Shown piece after piece: positions 8,528 through 17,542 of a stretch of DNA of 64,000 bases. The notes below the pieces were generated by a model. That model ran no database searches. It was not told the DNA's origin and was given only the letters and a program-made list of their open reading frames with translations. The stretch's first letter is position 1; each line of letters starts with the position of its first letter. Origin of the DNA: a bacterium (GTDB lineage Bacteria > UBA8248); contig OZ253442.1 of assembly GCA_965261085.1 (NCBI GenBank), positions 512,001 to 576,000 on the forward strand. Direction: 5' to 3'. A program made the translations under genes and the position numbers.

Positions 8528-9712
8528 ATGGCAAAAGCCGCACAAGCCGTTCGCAAGGAACCATGGTTCGCATATTTTCCCAATGACTACCGCTGGTCCG
8601 CGGGGGTGAGCATCGCCTATTCCACGTCCTTCTGGGGATCGTCCACCATGGGCGAAGTCGACAGGGTCTGCCGGAAACTCAAGGGCAAGGAGGGGGACGA
8701 CGACGCCTGGTTCGATGAATGGGTGAGCGAGGCCGACAGGATGCGCTCTTTAGGCATGGCCGCCGCGCGGAAGAAGAACAATCTCTCCGCCGCCGCCTTC
8801 TTCAAGCGCGCGTGTTTCTACTACCAACTCGGCGAGCGGTTCAGGACGCCCAAGGACAAGGCGGCGAACGCCGCGTACCGTAAATCGCTGGACAGCTTCA
8901 AGCGCTTCGCCGCTCTCACGGACGCTCCGCGCATCGAGCACGTGGAAATTCCCTTCGAGGGCAAAAAGACGCTTCCCGGCATACTCGTTCACGCGCAGAA
9001 CACGAAAAAAAGAAAACCGCCCGTGGTGGTTTCTTTCGATGGTTTCGACGTTTCCAAGGAAATTCAATACATCATGGGCGCGGAAGACCTCGCGCGCCGG
9101 GGGATGAGCGTGCTGGCCGTGGATGCGCCCGGAAACGGAGAGGCCATCCGTTCGAGAAAACTCTACCTGCGCCACGACCATGAAGTCGCAGGCGCTGCGG
9201 CCCTCGATTATCTGGAGACGAGAACAGACGTGGACGCAAAGAGCGCCGGAGTCATGGCGATCAGCCTCGGCGGCTACTACGCGCCCAGAAACGCCAGCAT
9301 GGAGCACCGCTTCAAGGCGTGCGTGGCCTGGGGGGCGATTTGGGACTACCAGAAAGTCTGGCAAGACAGAATCGCCGCCGCCTACAAGACGGCCCTCTCG
9401 GTACCCGGCCATCACCTGACGTGGATTTTCAACTCCGATTCCACCGAGGAGTGCCTCGACATACTCGGGGACTTCAAGCTCGACGGCGTTGTGCAGAACA
9501 TGCGCTGCCCGTTTTTGCTGATTCACGGAGAAGGCGACCAGCAGATACCCGTAGCCGAGGCGCGCAAGCTCTTCAACGCCTCGGGCTCGAAGGACAAGAC
9601 CTTCCGAATCGTCAAGGGAACGGAAACAGGCTCCCAGCACTGCCAGATGGACAACGTGCCTCCCTATGCGCACGAGATTTTCGACTGGCTCAAACTGAAG
9701 CTGGGAGCGTAG
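8528..9712 (+). CDS. Alpha/beta hydrolase, DHPON hydrolase/FrsA-like (paralogue 2)
   Basis: WFAYFPNDYRWS, AISLGGYY, QHCQ; colinear with 3195-4370. Confidence 0.88.
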   Translation: MAKAAQAVRKEPWFAYFPNDYRWSAGVSIAYSTSFWGSSTMGEVDRVCRKLKGKEGDDDAWFDEWVSEADRMRSLGMAAARKKNNLSAAAFFKRACFYYQLGERFRTPKDKAANAAYRKSLDSFKRFAALTDAPRIEHVEIPFEGKKTLPGILVHAQNTKKRKPPVVVSFDGFDVSKEIQYIMGAEDLARRGMSVLAVDAPGNGEAIRSRKLYLRHDHEVAGAAALDYLETRTDVDAKSAGVMAISLGGYYAPRNASMEHRFKACVAWGAIWDYQKVWQDRIAAAYKTALSVPGHHLTWIFNSDSTEECLDILGDFKLDGVVQNMRCPFLLIHGEGDQQIPVAEARKLFNASGSKDKTFRIVKGTETGSQHCQMDNVPPYAHEIFDWLKLKLGA

Positions 9713-9739
9713 CGGGACCGGACTCTCCTCCATTGCCCA

Positions 9740-9783
9740 CTGCGGCGTCCCGGCTCTCTCGCGAGAGAGTCGGGACGCCGCAG
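9740..9783. repeat. 44-bp near-perfect palindrome (terminator-like or REP-like)
   Basis: CTGCGGCGTCCCGGCTCTCTCG-CGAGAGAGTCGGGACGCCGCAG with one G-T mismatch and no U-tract. Confidence 0.7.
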
Positions 9784-9831
9784 CAAACACCGTTTCAGCC
9801 GCTATTCTCGGCGGATGCGTCTTGCGTTCGC

Positions 9832-9860
9832 TTGACAACCCCCACCACAAGACTAACAAT
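9832..9860 (+). promoter_or_regulatory. Possible sigma70-type promoter for the exporter operon
   Basis: TTGACA at 9832 with an AACAAT-like -10 at 17-bp spacing. Confidence 0.35.
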
Positions 9861-10293
9861 TTCAATACGTAATAGGGGCAGGCACGTACTGAAGCCGGCG
9901 GCGCGCGCCGCCGATTACTTCGGGGAGACGATATCGGATGCTGGAACCGAAACCGGCGGATGATCGTTCGGGCGGGTAGGTACGCCCAATCGCTCGAATC
10001 GCCGCCTCGGACGTGGGCGATGCGCTCGACGCCCTCGGTCGATCGGAAGCCGCACGAAGAAACAGGACACGCAACGCCCAGGCGTGCATGTCCCCTGTTC
10101 GCGGCGGCCCCCGAAGGCTGAATCCCGAGACGTCTCCCGCGCGGGCAACGCTGAAAACCAAGACCACAGGAGCAGACTCAAGCCGCATCATCGGCGCTCC
10201 CGGATGAATCGTCTTTCGGCGGAAAGTAAACGAAAGACGCGCGATTCGCCCGTTCCGCTTTGCCTCCCAACCTGCAATTCCCGGTGATCAGGT

Positions 10294-11526
10294 GTGGAGA
10301 GACTGAATCTGTTCCGAAAAAAAGCGCTCGAACGTCTCTCGACGCCCGAGCGGCTCGACCGCACCCTATCGGTGACCTCGGCCAAGGGGTGGCTCGCGCT
10401 GCTCACCCTGATCGCGATAATCGCCGCAACACTCCTCTGGTCGTTCAAGGGCGAGGTATCGAGCTACGTCACCGCCCCCGGCATGCTGATTAGGCGCGGG
10501 GGGGCGCTCGTGGCGGCGGCCGCTGAGCGGGTGGGCGCGGTGACCGGGCTGATGCACGGCGTCAACGATAAAGTGAAGAGAGGAGACGTTCTCGCCATAC
10601 TCCTCAACAAGGAGTTGAAAGAGCGCCTTCGCGCCACGCGGGACCTGGTGCGTGAGCGCACCGGGACGCTGGCGACGTTCAAGGCGGCGGAAAAAGCCGA
10701 AACCGCCCTGATGAGCAGGAACACCGCCAGGCAGTACGCGCGCCTGGCGGAGATGGAGCGCAGCGCCCGCCAGATGCTCGAAACCTACCGCAGAGCGTAT
10801 GAGGAGAGCATCGTCGCCAAAGAGGCTATCGAGCGCAGCCGACAGGCTTTCGACGACGCCCGGCGCGCGCTTTTCGGCATCCTGCGCGAGCGCGACGAAC
10901 TGGAATTTGCAGAACTTCAGCGCCGCAACCGGAGCGAGGCCAGAATCATCGAAAAGCAAGCGAGTCTCGAGGCGGCCAAACGCGAAGCGAGCAGGCTCGA
11001 AACCCTCATCGACACCCACCGGATTCTGGCTCCGGTCTCGGGCCGCATAGCCGAACTCAAGGTGAGTGTCGGCGCCGTGCTCAAGGCGGGCGATTCCCTG
11101 CTCAGCATCAAGACGGGAGAGGAGACGCTCGAGGCGCTCATCTACGTTCCGCCCGAGAAGGGGAAAGACGTCGCGCCCGGCATGGAGGTTCTGGTCTCTC
11201 CCGCCAACACGACGAAAGAAGAACACGGCTACGTACTCGGACGAGTAGGAGAAATTTCCGATCTGCCGGCGAGCCTCCAGGGCATGATCGCCACCCTGCA
11301 AAACCCCGAACTCGCGCGGAGGTTCTCTGCGAGCGGGCCGCCATACGCCGCCCGCGTCATCCTCGAGCCCGATCCGTCGACGGCCAGCGGCTTCGCGTGG
11401 ACCTCGCCCAAGGGCGAGAGCCGGACGCTTTCTTTCGGCACGCTGGTGAACGTCGAGATAAAGACCGAAAAGCGCGCGCCCATCACCCTCGTCGTCCCCT
11501 CGCTCAAGGAGGTGCTGCGGCCTTGA
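10294..11526 (+). CDS. NHLM (nitrile-hydratase-leader) bacteriocin system secretion protein, HlyD family
   Basis: N-terminal LFRKKALERLSTPERLD, single TM helix, coiled coil, FAWTSPKG and RAPITLVVP C-terminus. Confidence 0.9.
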   Translation: MERLNLFRKKALERLSTPERLDRTLSVTSAKGWLALLTLIAIIAATLLWSFKGEVSSYVTAPGMLIRRGGALVAAAAERVGAVTGLMHGVNDKVKRGDVLAILLNKELKERLRATRDLVRERTGTLATFKAAEKAETALMSRNTARQYARLAEMERSARQMLETYRRAYEESIVAKEAIERSRQAFDDARRALFGILRERDELEFAELQRRNRSEARIIEKQASLEAAKREASRLETLIDTHRILAPVSGRIAELKVSVGAVLKAGDSLLSIKTGEETLEALIYVPPEKGKDVAPGMEVLVSPANTTKEEHGYVLGRVGEISDLPASLQGMIATLQNPELARRFSASGPPYAARVILEPDPSTASGFAWTSPKGESRTLSFGTLVNVEIKTEKRAPITLVVPSLKEVLRP

Positions 11527-11528
11527 GC

Positions 11529-13715
11529 GTGGACCTGAGGGAAAGGGCCAATATCCCGAGGCGCGGGGGCCGGCGCGCGACACCCGTCATCCTCCAGATG
11601 GAAGCGACCGAGTGCGGCGCAGCCTGTCTGGCGATGGTCCTCGCCCACTACGGACGCTGGGTGCCGCTCGAGGAATTGCGTGTTCGCTGCGGCGTATCAC
11701 GCGACGGCAGCCGGGCGGACAGCGTGCTCCGCGCGGCGCGCGAATACGGCCTCATCGCGAGCGGCTTCAGGTGCGAGCCGGAGGATCTGCGCAAATTCCC
11801 CTTCCCGCTCATCGTCTTCTGGAATTTCAATCACTTCATCGTGGTCGAGGGCTTCAGGAAAGGCCGCTACTACGTCGTAGACCCCGCGCACGGCCCGCAA
11901 CAGATGTCCGCCGAGGAGTTCGACGAGGGATTTACGGGCATATGCCTGGCGTTCTCGCCGGGGCCGGACATGCGCCGGGGCGGCTCGCGCCCCAGCGCCT
12001 GGCGCGGCATCTTCTCCCGCCTGGAGGGCGCGCGCGCCCCCCTGTTCTTCGCGATCCTGGCCACCCTGGCGCTCACGGCGCCGGCCCTCGCCACCGCGAC
12101 GCTCATCAAGGTGTTTATCGACAACGTGCTGATCCCCGGAAGCGACACCTGGGTCACGCCCGTGCTGGCGGGTCTCGCCATCGCCGCCGTTTTACAAGGC
12201 CTGCTCGTCTGGATGCAGCAGGTCTCCCTCGCCCGCATGGAGATCAAGCTCTCCCTCGTCATGACCACACGCTTTTTCTGGCATATCCTGACCCTGCCGA
12301 TGACTTTCTTCGGCCAACGCTTCATCGGCGACATCTCAAACCGCGTGGCGTTGAACGAAAGGGTCGCGCAACTGCTCTCGGGCCAACTGGCGACAAGTGC
12401 TCTCGGCGTACTCAGGATGGGCGCCTTCGCCGTCGTCATGTACGCCTACGACGCGCAATTGACGCTGGTCGCGTTCGCCATCGTCGTCATCAACCTCCTG
12501 GCGCTTCGTGTCGTCTCGCGCGCGAGGCAAAACGGCGTGCGACGCCTGCTCAAGGAACAAAGCAAGGTGGCGGGCGTGACGGTCAACGGGCTGTACATGA
12601 TCGAGACGGTGAAGGCCAACGGCTCGGAGGGGGAATTCTTCGCCCGCTGGTCGGGAATGAACGTCAACGCCCTCGTAGCCCAGCAGGAGCTGAGCCGCCT
12701 GACGGGGCTTCTCGGCCTGATTCCCCCGTTCCTCTCGGCGCTCGGCACGGTGGCTATTCTCGGCGTCGGGGGACTGCGCTTGCTCGAAGGGGAGATCACC
12801 GTGGGCTCCCTGGTGGCGTTCCAACTCCTCACGCAGCAGTTCCTCGCGCCCATTGCGGGAATCGTGCAGTTCGGCGCCAATTACCAGACGGCGCAGGGCG
12901 ATCTCGCCCGGCTGGACGACGTGCTGCGCTACGAACCCGACGAGCGGGCCGTGAAAGCCGTGAGCGGGCCGCCTCGGGAAGCGCCCGAGCCGATGCGGGG
13001 CCGCGTCACCTTCGAGAACGTCACCTTCGGCTACAACGCCCAGGAACCGCCGCTCATCAAGGATTTGAGCTTCTTCATCCCGCCCGGACAGCGCGTCGCC
13101 CTGGTCGGCGGTTCAGGAAGCGGAAAATCGACCGTCGCGCGGCTGCTGGCGGGCCTCATACATCCCTGGTCCGGAGAGGTCGCCATCGACGGGCGCTCGG
13201 TGGATGAAATTCCCTCGAGCCATTTTTCCGGAATGCTCTCCTACGTCGATCAGGATATCGCTCTCTTCGAGGGCACCGTGCGGGAGAACGTGACCCTGTG
13301 GAACCCGACCATCGAGGAAAACCAGGTCACGCGCGCCCTGCGTGACGCCGCGGTCCACGCCGAGATCATGTCCCGCCTCGGCAAGTACGACGCGCTGGTC
13401 GAAGAAGGCGGACGCAACTTCAGCGGCGGACAGCGCCAGCGCCTCGAGATTGCGCGCGCGCTCGCGAGCGACCCGGCCGTCCTCGTCCTGGACGAGGCCA
13501 CGGCGGCCCTCGACCCCGTAACCGAGACCGGCATCGACGATCACCTCCGCCGGCGGGGCTGCACCTGTCTCATCGTCGCCCATCGGCTGAGCACGGTGCG
13601 GGATGCGGATGAGATTATCGTTCTCGCGGAGGGCGCCGTCGTCCAGCGCGGAACGCATGAAGACCTCATCGCCGATAAGGACGGCGTCTACTACTCTCTG
13701 GTCACCTCGAGTTGA
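11529..13715 (+). CDS. NHLM-type ABC transporter with C39 peptidase domain (PCAT)
   Basis: QMEATECGAACL (catalytic Cys), NHFIVV, VDPA; GGSGSGKS, FSGGQRQ, LVLDEAT; start GTG 11529 or TTG 11523. Confidence 0.93.
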   Translation: MDLRERANIPRRGGRRATPVILQMEATECGAACLAMVLAHYGRWVPLEELRVRCGVSRDGSRADSVLRAAREYGLIASGFRCEPEDLRKFPFPLIVFWNFNHFIVVEGFRKGRYYVVDPAHGPQQMSAEEFDEGFTGICLAFSPGPDMRRGGSRPSAWRGIFSRLEGARAPLFFAILATLALTAPALATATLIKVFIDNVLIPGSDTWVTPVLAGLAIAAVLQGLLVWMQQVSLARMEIKLSLVMTTRFFWHILTLPMTFFGQRFIGDISNRVALNERVAQLLSGQLATSALGVLRMGAFAVVMYAYDAQLTLVAFAIVVINLLALRVVSRARQNGVRRLLKEQSKVAGVTVNGLYMIETVKANGSEGEFFARWSGMNVNALVAQQELSRLTGLLGLIPPFLSALGTVAILGVGGLRLLEGEITVGSLVAFQLLTQQFLAPIAGIVQFGANYQTAQGDLARLDDVLRYEPDERAVKAVSGPPREAPEPMRGRVTFENVTFGYNAQEPPLIKDLSFFIPPGQRVALVGGSGSGKSTVARLLAGLIHPWSGEVAIDGRSVDEIPSSHFSGMLSYVDQDIALFEGTVRENVTLWNPTIEENQVTRALRDAAVHAEIMSRLGKYDALVEEGGRNFSGGQRQRLEIARALASDPAVLVLDEATAALDPVTETGIDDHLRRRGCTCLIVAHRLSTVRDADEIIVLAEGAVVQRGTHEDLIADKDGVYYSLVTSS

Positions 13716-13719
13716 GGCC

Positions 13720-16641
13720 ATGGCGGCGATAGACGACATCATCAGGCAAATCCGGGGCAGACCCTTCGAGGCGGGCGCCCATCGTTCGCTCTCGCTCCAC
13801 GACCCCGAACAAGTCTACCTCGTCGCACAAGGGCATCTGGATATATTCACGGCCGAGTTCAAAGGCGAGGAGGTAGTGAGCCGAAGGCCCTTCACGACCC
13901 GCATCCCCGAGGGTTCGATAGGCTTCGGCGCGCCGCGCGCAAGCGGCGTGGAATCTGATTTCGGTTTCCTGGCCGTGCCGTCTCAGAACGCGGTTATCGT
14001 CGAGGGAGAGCGCGAGGGCCTGACCGAGGAGGGCATTTTCGACATCAACCTCATCCTCTCGCTCGACGAGTGGGTCTCGCGCCTTTCCGAGCTTCTGGTT
14101 CGCGCCTCACCACCGGTCTCGCGAGACGCCATGCTGCTCGAAGCCGACCCGGACGTGCCCTATCCGGGGGGCGCCACGCTGAGCGCGCACCACTCCGACG
14201 TCGTATGGATTTCGGCCGACCAGCCGGTGCGGCTCATGGGGCGTGAGGAGATGGTCCTGCCGGCGGGCGAGGTCTTGCCGCTTTGCGAGCGCACCTGGGT
14301 CGAGACCGGCGAGAAAGAAACCAGGGTGTCGGCCTCTCACACGCCGCGCCTCCTTGTCGACGAAATGCTCTGGCCCGCTCTCTACCGCTTCAGCGAGTCG
14401 ATTCTGCTCTACGCGGGAAGGATGCGCGAGGAGAGCGCCGCCGCCCTGAGCGAGCGTCATGAGGAGGTCCGCGAAGCCCATAGCGCCGCGGGCCGGATCG
14501 CGCGGTGGAACCTCGGAGGGGTGCTGGGGTCCGCCGAGGAGGAACGCGCGCGCGATGCGACCGGCCTCGCCGCCGCCGAGGCGGCGATGAGCCTCGTCGC
14601 CGAGTCGGTCGGCGCGGAAATCAATTTGCGCGGGGGGGAGGAGAAAAACGATGACCCGCTACAGGCTTTTGAGACGATTGCGCGCCGCTCCGGCGTGAGC
14701 GCCCGAGAGATCGCCCTCGCCCCTGATTGGTGGAAGCACGACGGTCCCTCCTTCGCCGGGGTGACAAAAGACGGGAAAAGCCCGATTGCCGTGCTCTCGA
14801 ACGGAGGCGGCCGCTATACCGCCGTCGATCCGGCGACGAACCACTCCTACGCCGTCGGGCGCCGCAACGCCGCCCAGATCGAAAACCGGGGCGTGATGCT
14901 CTATGCGCCTTTCAAGGCTGAGGTCCGCGACGGGTCCTCGGCGCTGCGCGACGTGATGCGCAGGCGAACGAGAGACATCCATAGCATGTTCTCCATGAGC
15001 CTGCTCGCAGGCCTGGTGGCTCTCGTGACGCCGCTGCTGACCGGGCGCCTGCTCGCCGACATCATCCCGCGCATCGACATGCCGATGTGGATCGCCGCCC
15101 TGGGTGCATTGCTGTTCGCCGCGCTGGGCGCCACCGCCTTCCAACTGGTGCGCTCCTACGCGATGCTGCGCGTCGAAGGGCGGCTGGGCGAAGATCTGCA
15201 AAGCGCTCTATGGAGCCGGCTGCTGGCGCTCTCTGTGAGATTTTTCCGTCTGTATTCCGCCGCCGATCTGGCCGACCGGCTGGGCGGCGTGACGCGGATG
15301 CGGATGATGCTGGCGGGCGGGGCCATGAACGCCATCATGAGCGGCATTTTCTCCGTCTTCAGCTTCGCCCTGCTGCTCTACTACAGTTGGCGACTCGCGC
15401 TCGCCGCCGCCACGATGGTATTGGCGCTGCTGCTGGCGAGCGCCCTCTTCTCCTATTTGCAAATGAAGCGCCATCGCGCAGCCTTTGCGATGAAGGGCAC
15501 CATCGACGCGACGATCTTCCAGACCATCACCGGCCTCGCCAAACTCCGCATGGCGAACGCCGAGCCCTACGTCCTCGCGCGCTGGGCCGAACAATTCGCC
15601 GGGCAGCAGCGCGAAACGCTGAGCGCGCGCAAATGGGCGGCGGCCCAGTTCGCCTTAAACGGCCTGTTCATCCCGATGGCCTCATTCGTGCTGCTCGCCA
15701 TGATCTGGCATCTGCTGGTCGACGCCGCCTCGCCCGCGTCGTTCGGCCTGCTCGACTTCCTCGTCTCCTTCACCGCCTTCGGGCAACTGGCGGGGGCGAT
15801 GGCGGGGCTGACGGGCGCGGCGGCGACGGTGATCGCCGTGATTCCCCTCTTCGAGCGCGTGAAGCCGGTGCTCGAGGCGGAACCGGATACCGCCATGGGT
15901 GACATCGATCCGGGGGATTTGACCGGCGAAATCGAACTCTCCGGCGTCTCCTTCCGCTATCACCCCGATGGCGAAAACGAGCTGACGAACATATCGCTGC
16001 GGATTGAGCCGGGCGATTACGTGGCGATCGTCGGCGCGTCGGGTTCGGGCAAATCGACCATCTACCGCTTGCTCCTCGGCTTCGAGCGTCCCGATTCGGG
16101 AGCGATATTATTCGACGGCCATGACTTGTTGAGCCTCGACCTGGGCGCGGTGCGCAGCCACATGGGGGTCGTCCTCCAGAACGGTCAACTCATCGCCGAC
16201 AGCATCTACAGCAACATCGCGAGTTCTTCGCAGTTGAGCATGGAGGACGCATGGGCGGCCGTGCGCGCGGCGGGTCTCGAAGAGGATGTCCAGGCGATGC
16301 CGATGGGGCTGCACACGGTGCTCCACGAGGGAGGCGGCGGACTCTCCGGCGGCCAGAAACAGCGCCTGCTCATCGCCCGGGCGCTTGCCCGCAAGCCTCG
16401 CATCCTGATGTTCGACGAGGCGACCAGTTCTCTGGACAACCGCACCCAGGCCATCGTTCAGGAGGCGCTGGGCAAGCTGAGCATCACGCGCCTGGTGATC
16501 GCCCATCGGGTGAGCACCGTGCGCGAGGTCGACCGCATCTACGTGCTGGACAAAGGCGGGATCGTCGAGAGCGGAAACTACAACGAACTCATGACCATAG
16601 ACGGCGCTTTCGCGAAACTGGCCAAACGCCAGTTGACGTAA
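13720..16641 (+). CDS. NHLM-type ABC transporter permease/ATP-binding subunit with long N-terminal extension and no C39 cysteine
   Basis: GASGSGKS, LSGGQKQ, MFDEATSSLDN; third member of the canonical trio. Confidence 0.9.
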   Translation: MAAIDDIIRQIRGRPFEAGAHRSLSLHDPEQVYLVAQGHLDIFTAEFKGEEVVSRRPFTTRIPEGSIGFGAPRASGVESDFGFLAVPSQNAVIVEGEREGLTEEGIFDINLILSLDEWVSRLSELLVRASPPVSRDAMLLEADPDVPYPGGATLSAHHSDVVWISADQPVRLMGREEMVLPAGEVLPLCERTWVETGEKETRVSASHTPRLLVDEMLWPALYRFSESILLYAGRMREESAAALSERHEEVREAHSAAGRIARWNLGGVLGSAEEERARDATGLAAAEAAMSLVAESVGAEINLRGGEEKNDDPLQAFETIARRSGVSAREIALAPDWWKHDGPSFAGVTKDGKSPIAVLSNGGGRYTAVDPATNHSYAVGRRNAAQIENRGVMLYAPFKAEVRDGSSALRDVMRRRTRDIHSMFSMSLLAGLVALVTPLLTGRLLADIIPRIDMPMWIAALGALLFAALGATAFQLVRSYAMLRVEGRLGEDLQSALWSRLLALSVRFFRLYSAADLADRLGGVTRMRMMLAGGAMNAIMSGIFSVFSFALLLYYSWRLALAAATMVLALLLASALFSYLQMKRHRAAFAMKGTIDATIFQTITGLAKLRMANAEPYVLARWAEQFAGQQRETLSARKWAAAQFALNGLFIPMASFVLLAMIWHLLVDAASPASFGLLDFLVSFTAFGQLAGAMAGLTGAAATVIAVIPLFERVKPVLEAEPDTAMGDIDPGDLTGEIELSGVSFRYHPDGENELTNISLRIEPGDYVAIVGASGSGKSTIYRLLLGFERPDSGAILFDGHDLLSLDLGAVRSHMGVVLQNGQLIADSIYSNIASSSQLSMEDAWAAVRAAGLEEDVQAMPMGLHTVLHEGGGGLSGGQKQRLLIARALARKPRILMFDEATSSLDNRTQAIVQEALGKLSITRLVIAHRVSTVREVDRIYVLDKGGIVESGNYNELMTIDGAFAKLAKRQLT

Positions 16642-16742
16642 GCGGCTCAGATCGTGATTACAATGGGAACACGGGCGCGCGTCGAGCCGGACGCCTTCTA
16701 ACGCCGGCGGGAATACTCACACAACAAGGGGGCGGACTCCAT

Positions 16743-17528
16743 ATGAATTATGAGAACATACGCACCGAAATGGACGGTGAGCTGCTCATCGTCACCCTTC
16801 ACTGGCCAGAGCGGCGAAACGCCATGACCCACCAGATGCGGGTCGACCTGCTCGATTGCGCCCGCCGCGCCGAGACCGACGATTCGGTGAAGGCCATCGT
16901 CTTCACCGGACATGGGGACAAATCTTTTTGCGCAGGCGCCAACATCCCCGAACTCGAACAACGCACGCTGGTCTCGGAAATGGGACCTTCGGCGACGCTG
17001 CGCAAGGAGTTGCCGACCGCCATCGAGCGCCTCGGCAAGCCGAGCGTCGCCGCGATCAACGGCTACTGCTTCGGCGCGGGTCTCGAATTCGCCATGGGCT
17101 GCACCATCCGCATCGCGAGCGAGAACGCCCAACTCGCGCTGCCGGAGATCAACCTGGGTCAAATCCCTGGCAGCGGCGGCACGCAGCGCCTCTACCGGTT
17201 CGTGGGACTTGGCTGGGCCATGCAGATGGTGCTGACGGGACAGCGCGTCGGCGCGCCAACCGCAAAAGAGATCGGCCTGGTCACCGAGGTCATGCCGCTC
17301 GCCGACCTGATGCCCCGCGCGAAGGAACTGGCGCGCGCGATGGGGGCGCAATCCCCCATGGCCTTCGCCGCCGGGCGCGACGCCGTCCTCCGCTCGACGG
17401 AAACGGAACTTCTGGCGGGTATCGACTATGAGCGCAAGCTCTACGCCATCTGTATGGCGACCGAAGACAGCCGCGAGGCCCTGAAAGCCTACGCCGAAAA
17501 ACGCGCCCCCGAATACAAGGGCCGCTAA
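16743..17528 (+). CDS. Enoyl-CoA hydratase/isomerase family protein
   Basis: FCAGANI, AAINGYCFGAGLE, LPEINLGQIPGSGGTQRL. Confidence 0.95.
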   Translation: MNYENIRTEMDGELLIVTLHWPERRNAMTHQMRVDLLDCARRAETDDSVKAIVFTGHGDKSFCAGANIPELEQRTLVSEMGPSATLRKELPTAIERLGKPSVAAINGYCFGAGLEFAMGCTIRIASENAQLALPEINLGQIPGSGGTQRLYRFVGLGWAMQMVLTGQRVGAPTAKEIGLVTEVMPLADLMPRAKELARAMGAQSPMAFAAGRDAVLRSTETELLAGIDYERKLYAICMATEDSREALKAYAEKRAPEYKGR

Positions 17529-17542
17529 TCCGGGAACCAAGC

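Noticed and set aside
7945-8583. 212-aa extended nucleotidyltransferase
   Set aside because: The extension overlaps the divergent hydrolase gene and its promoter; the MNT domain starts near 8235.
9960-10287. Short ORFs upstream of the NHLM exporter as an NHLP/Nif11 precursor
   Set aside because: None has an NHase-like or Nif11 leader, an ELSDEEL-type motif or a Cys/Ser/Thr-rich core.
11612-13207. Long overlapping or antisense ORFs (also 1547-2848, 30552-31883, 38406-39668, 45976-47334)
   Set aside because: These are shadow frames of well-supported genes, expected in GC-rich DNA, with no recognisable motifs.
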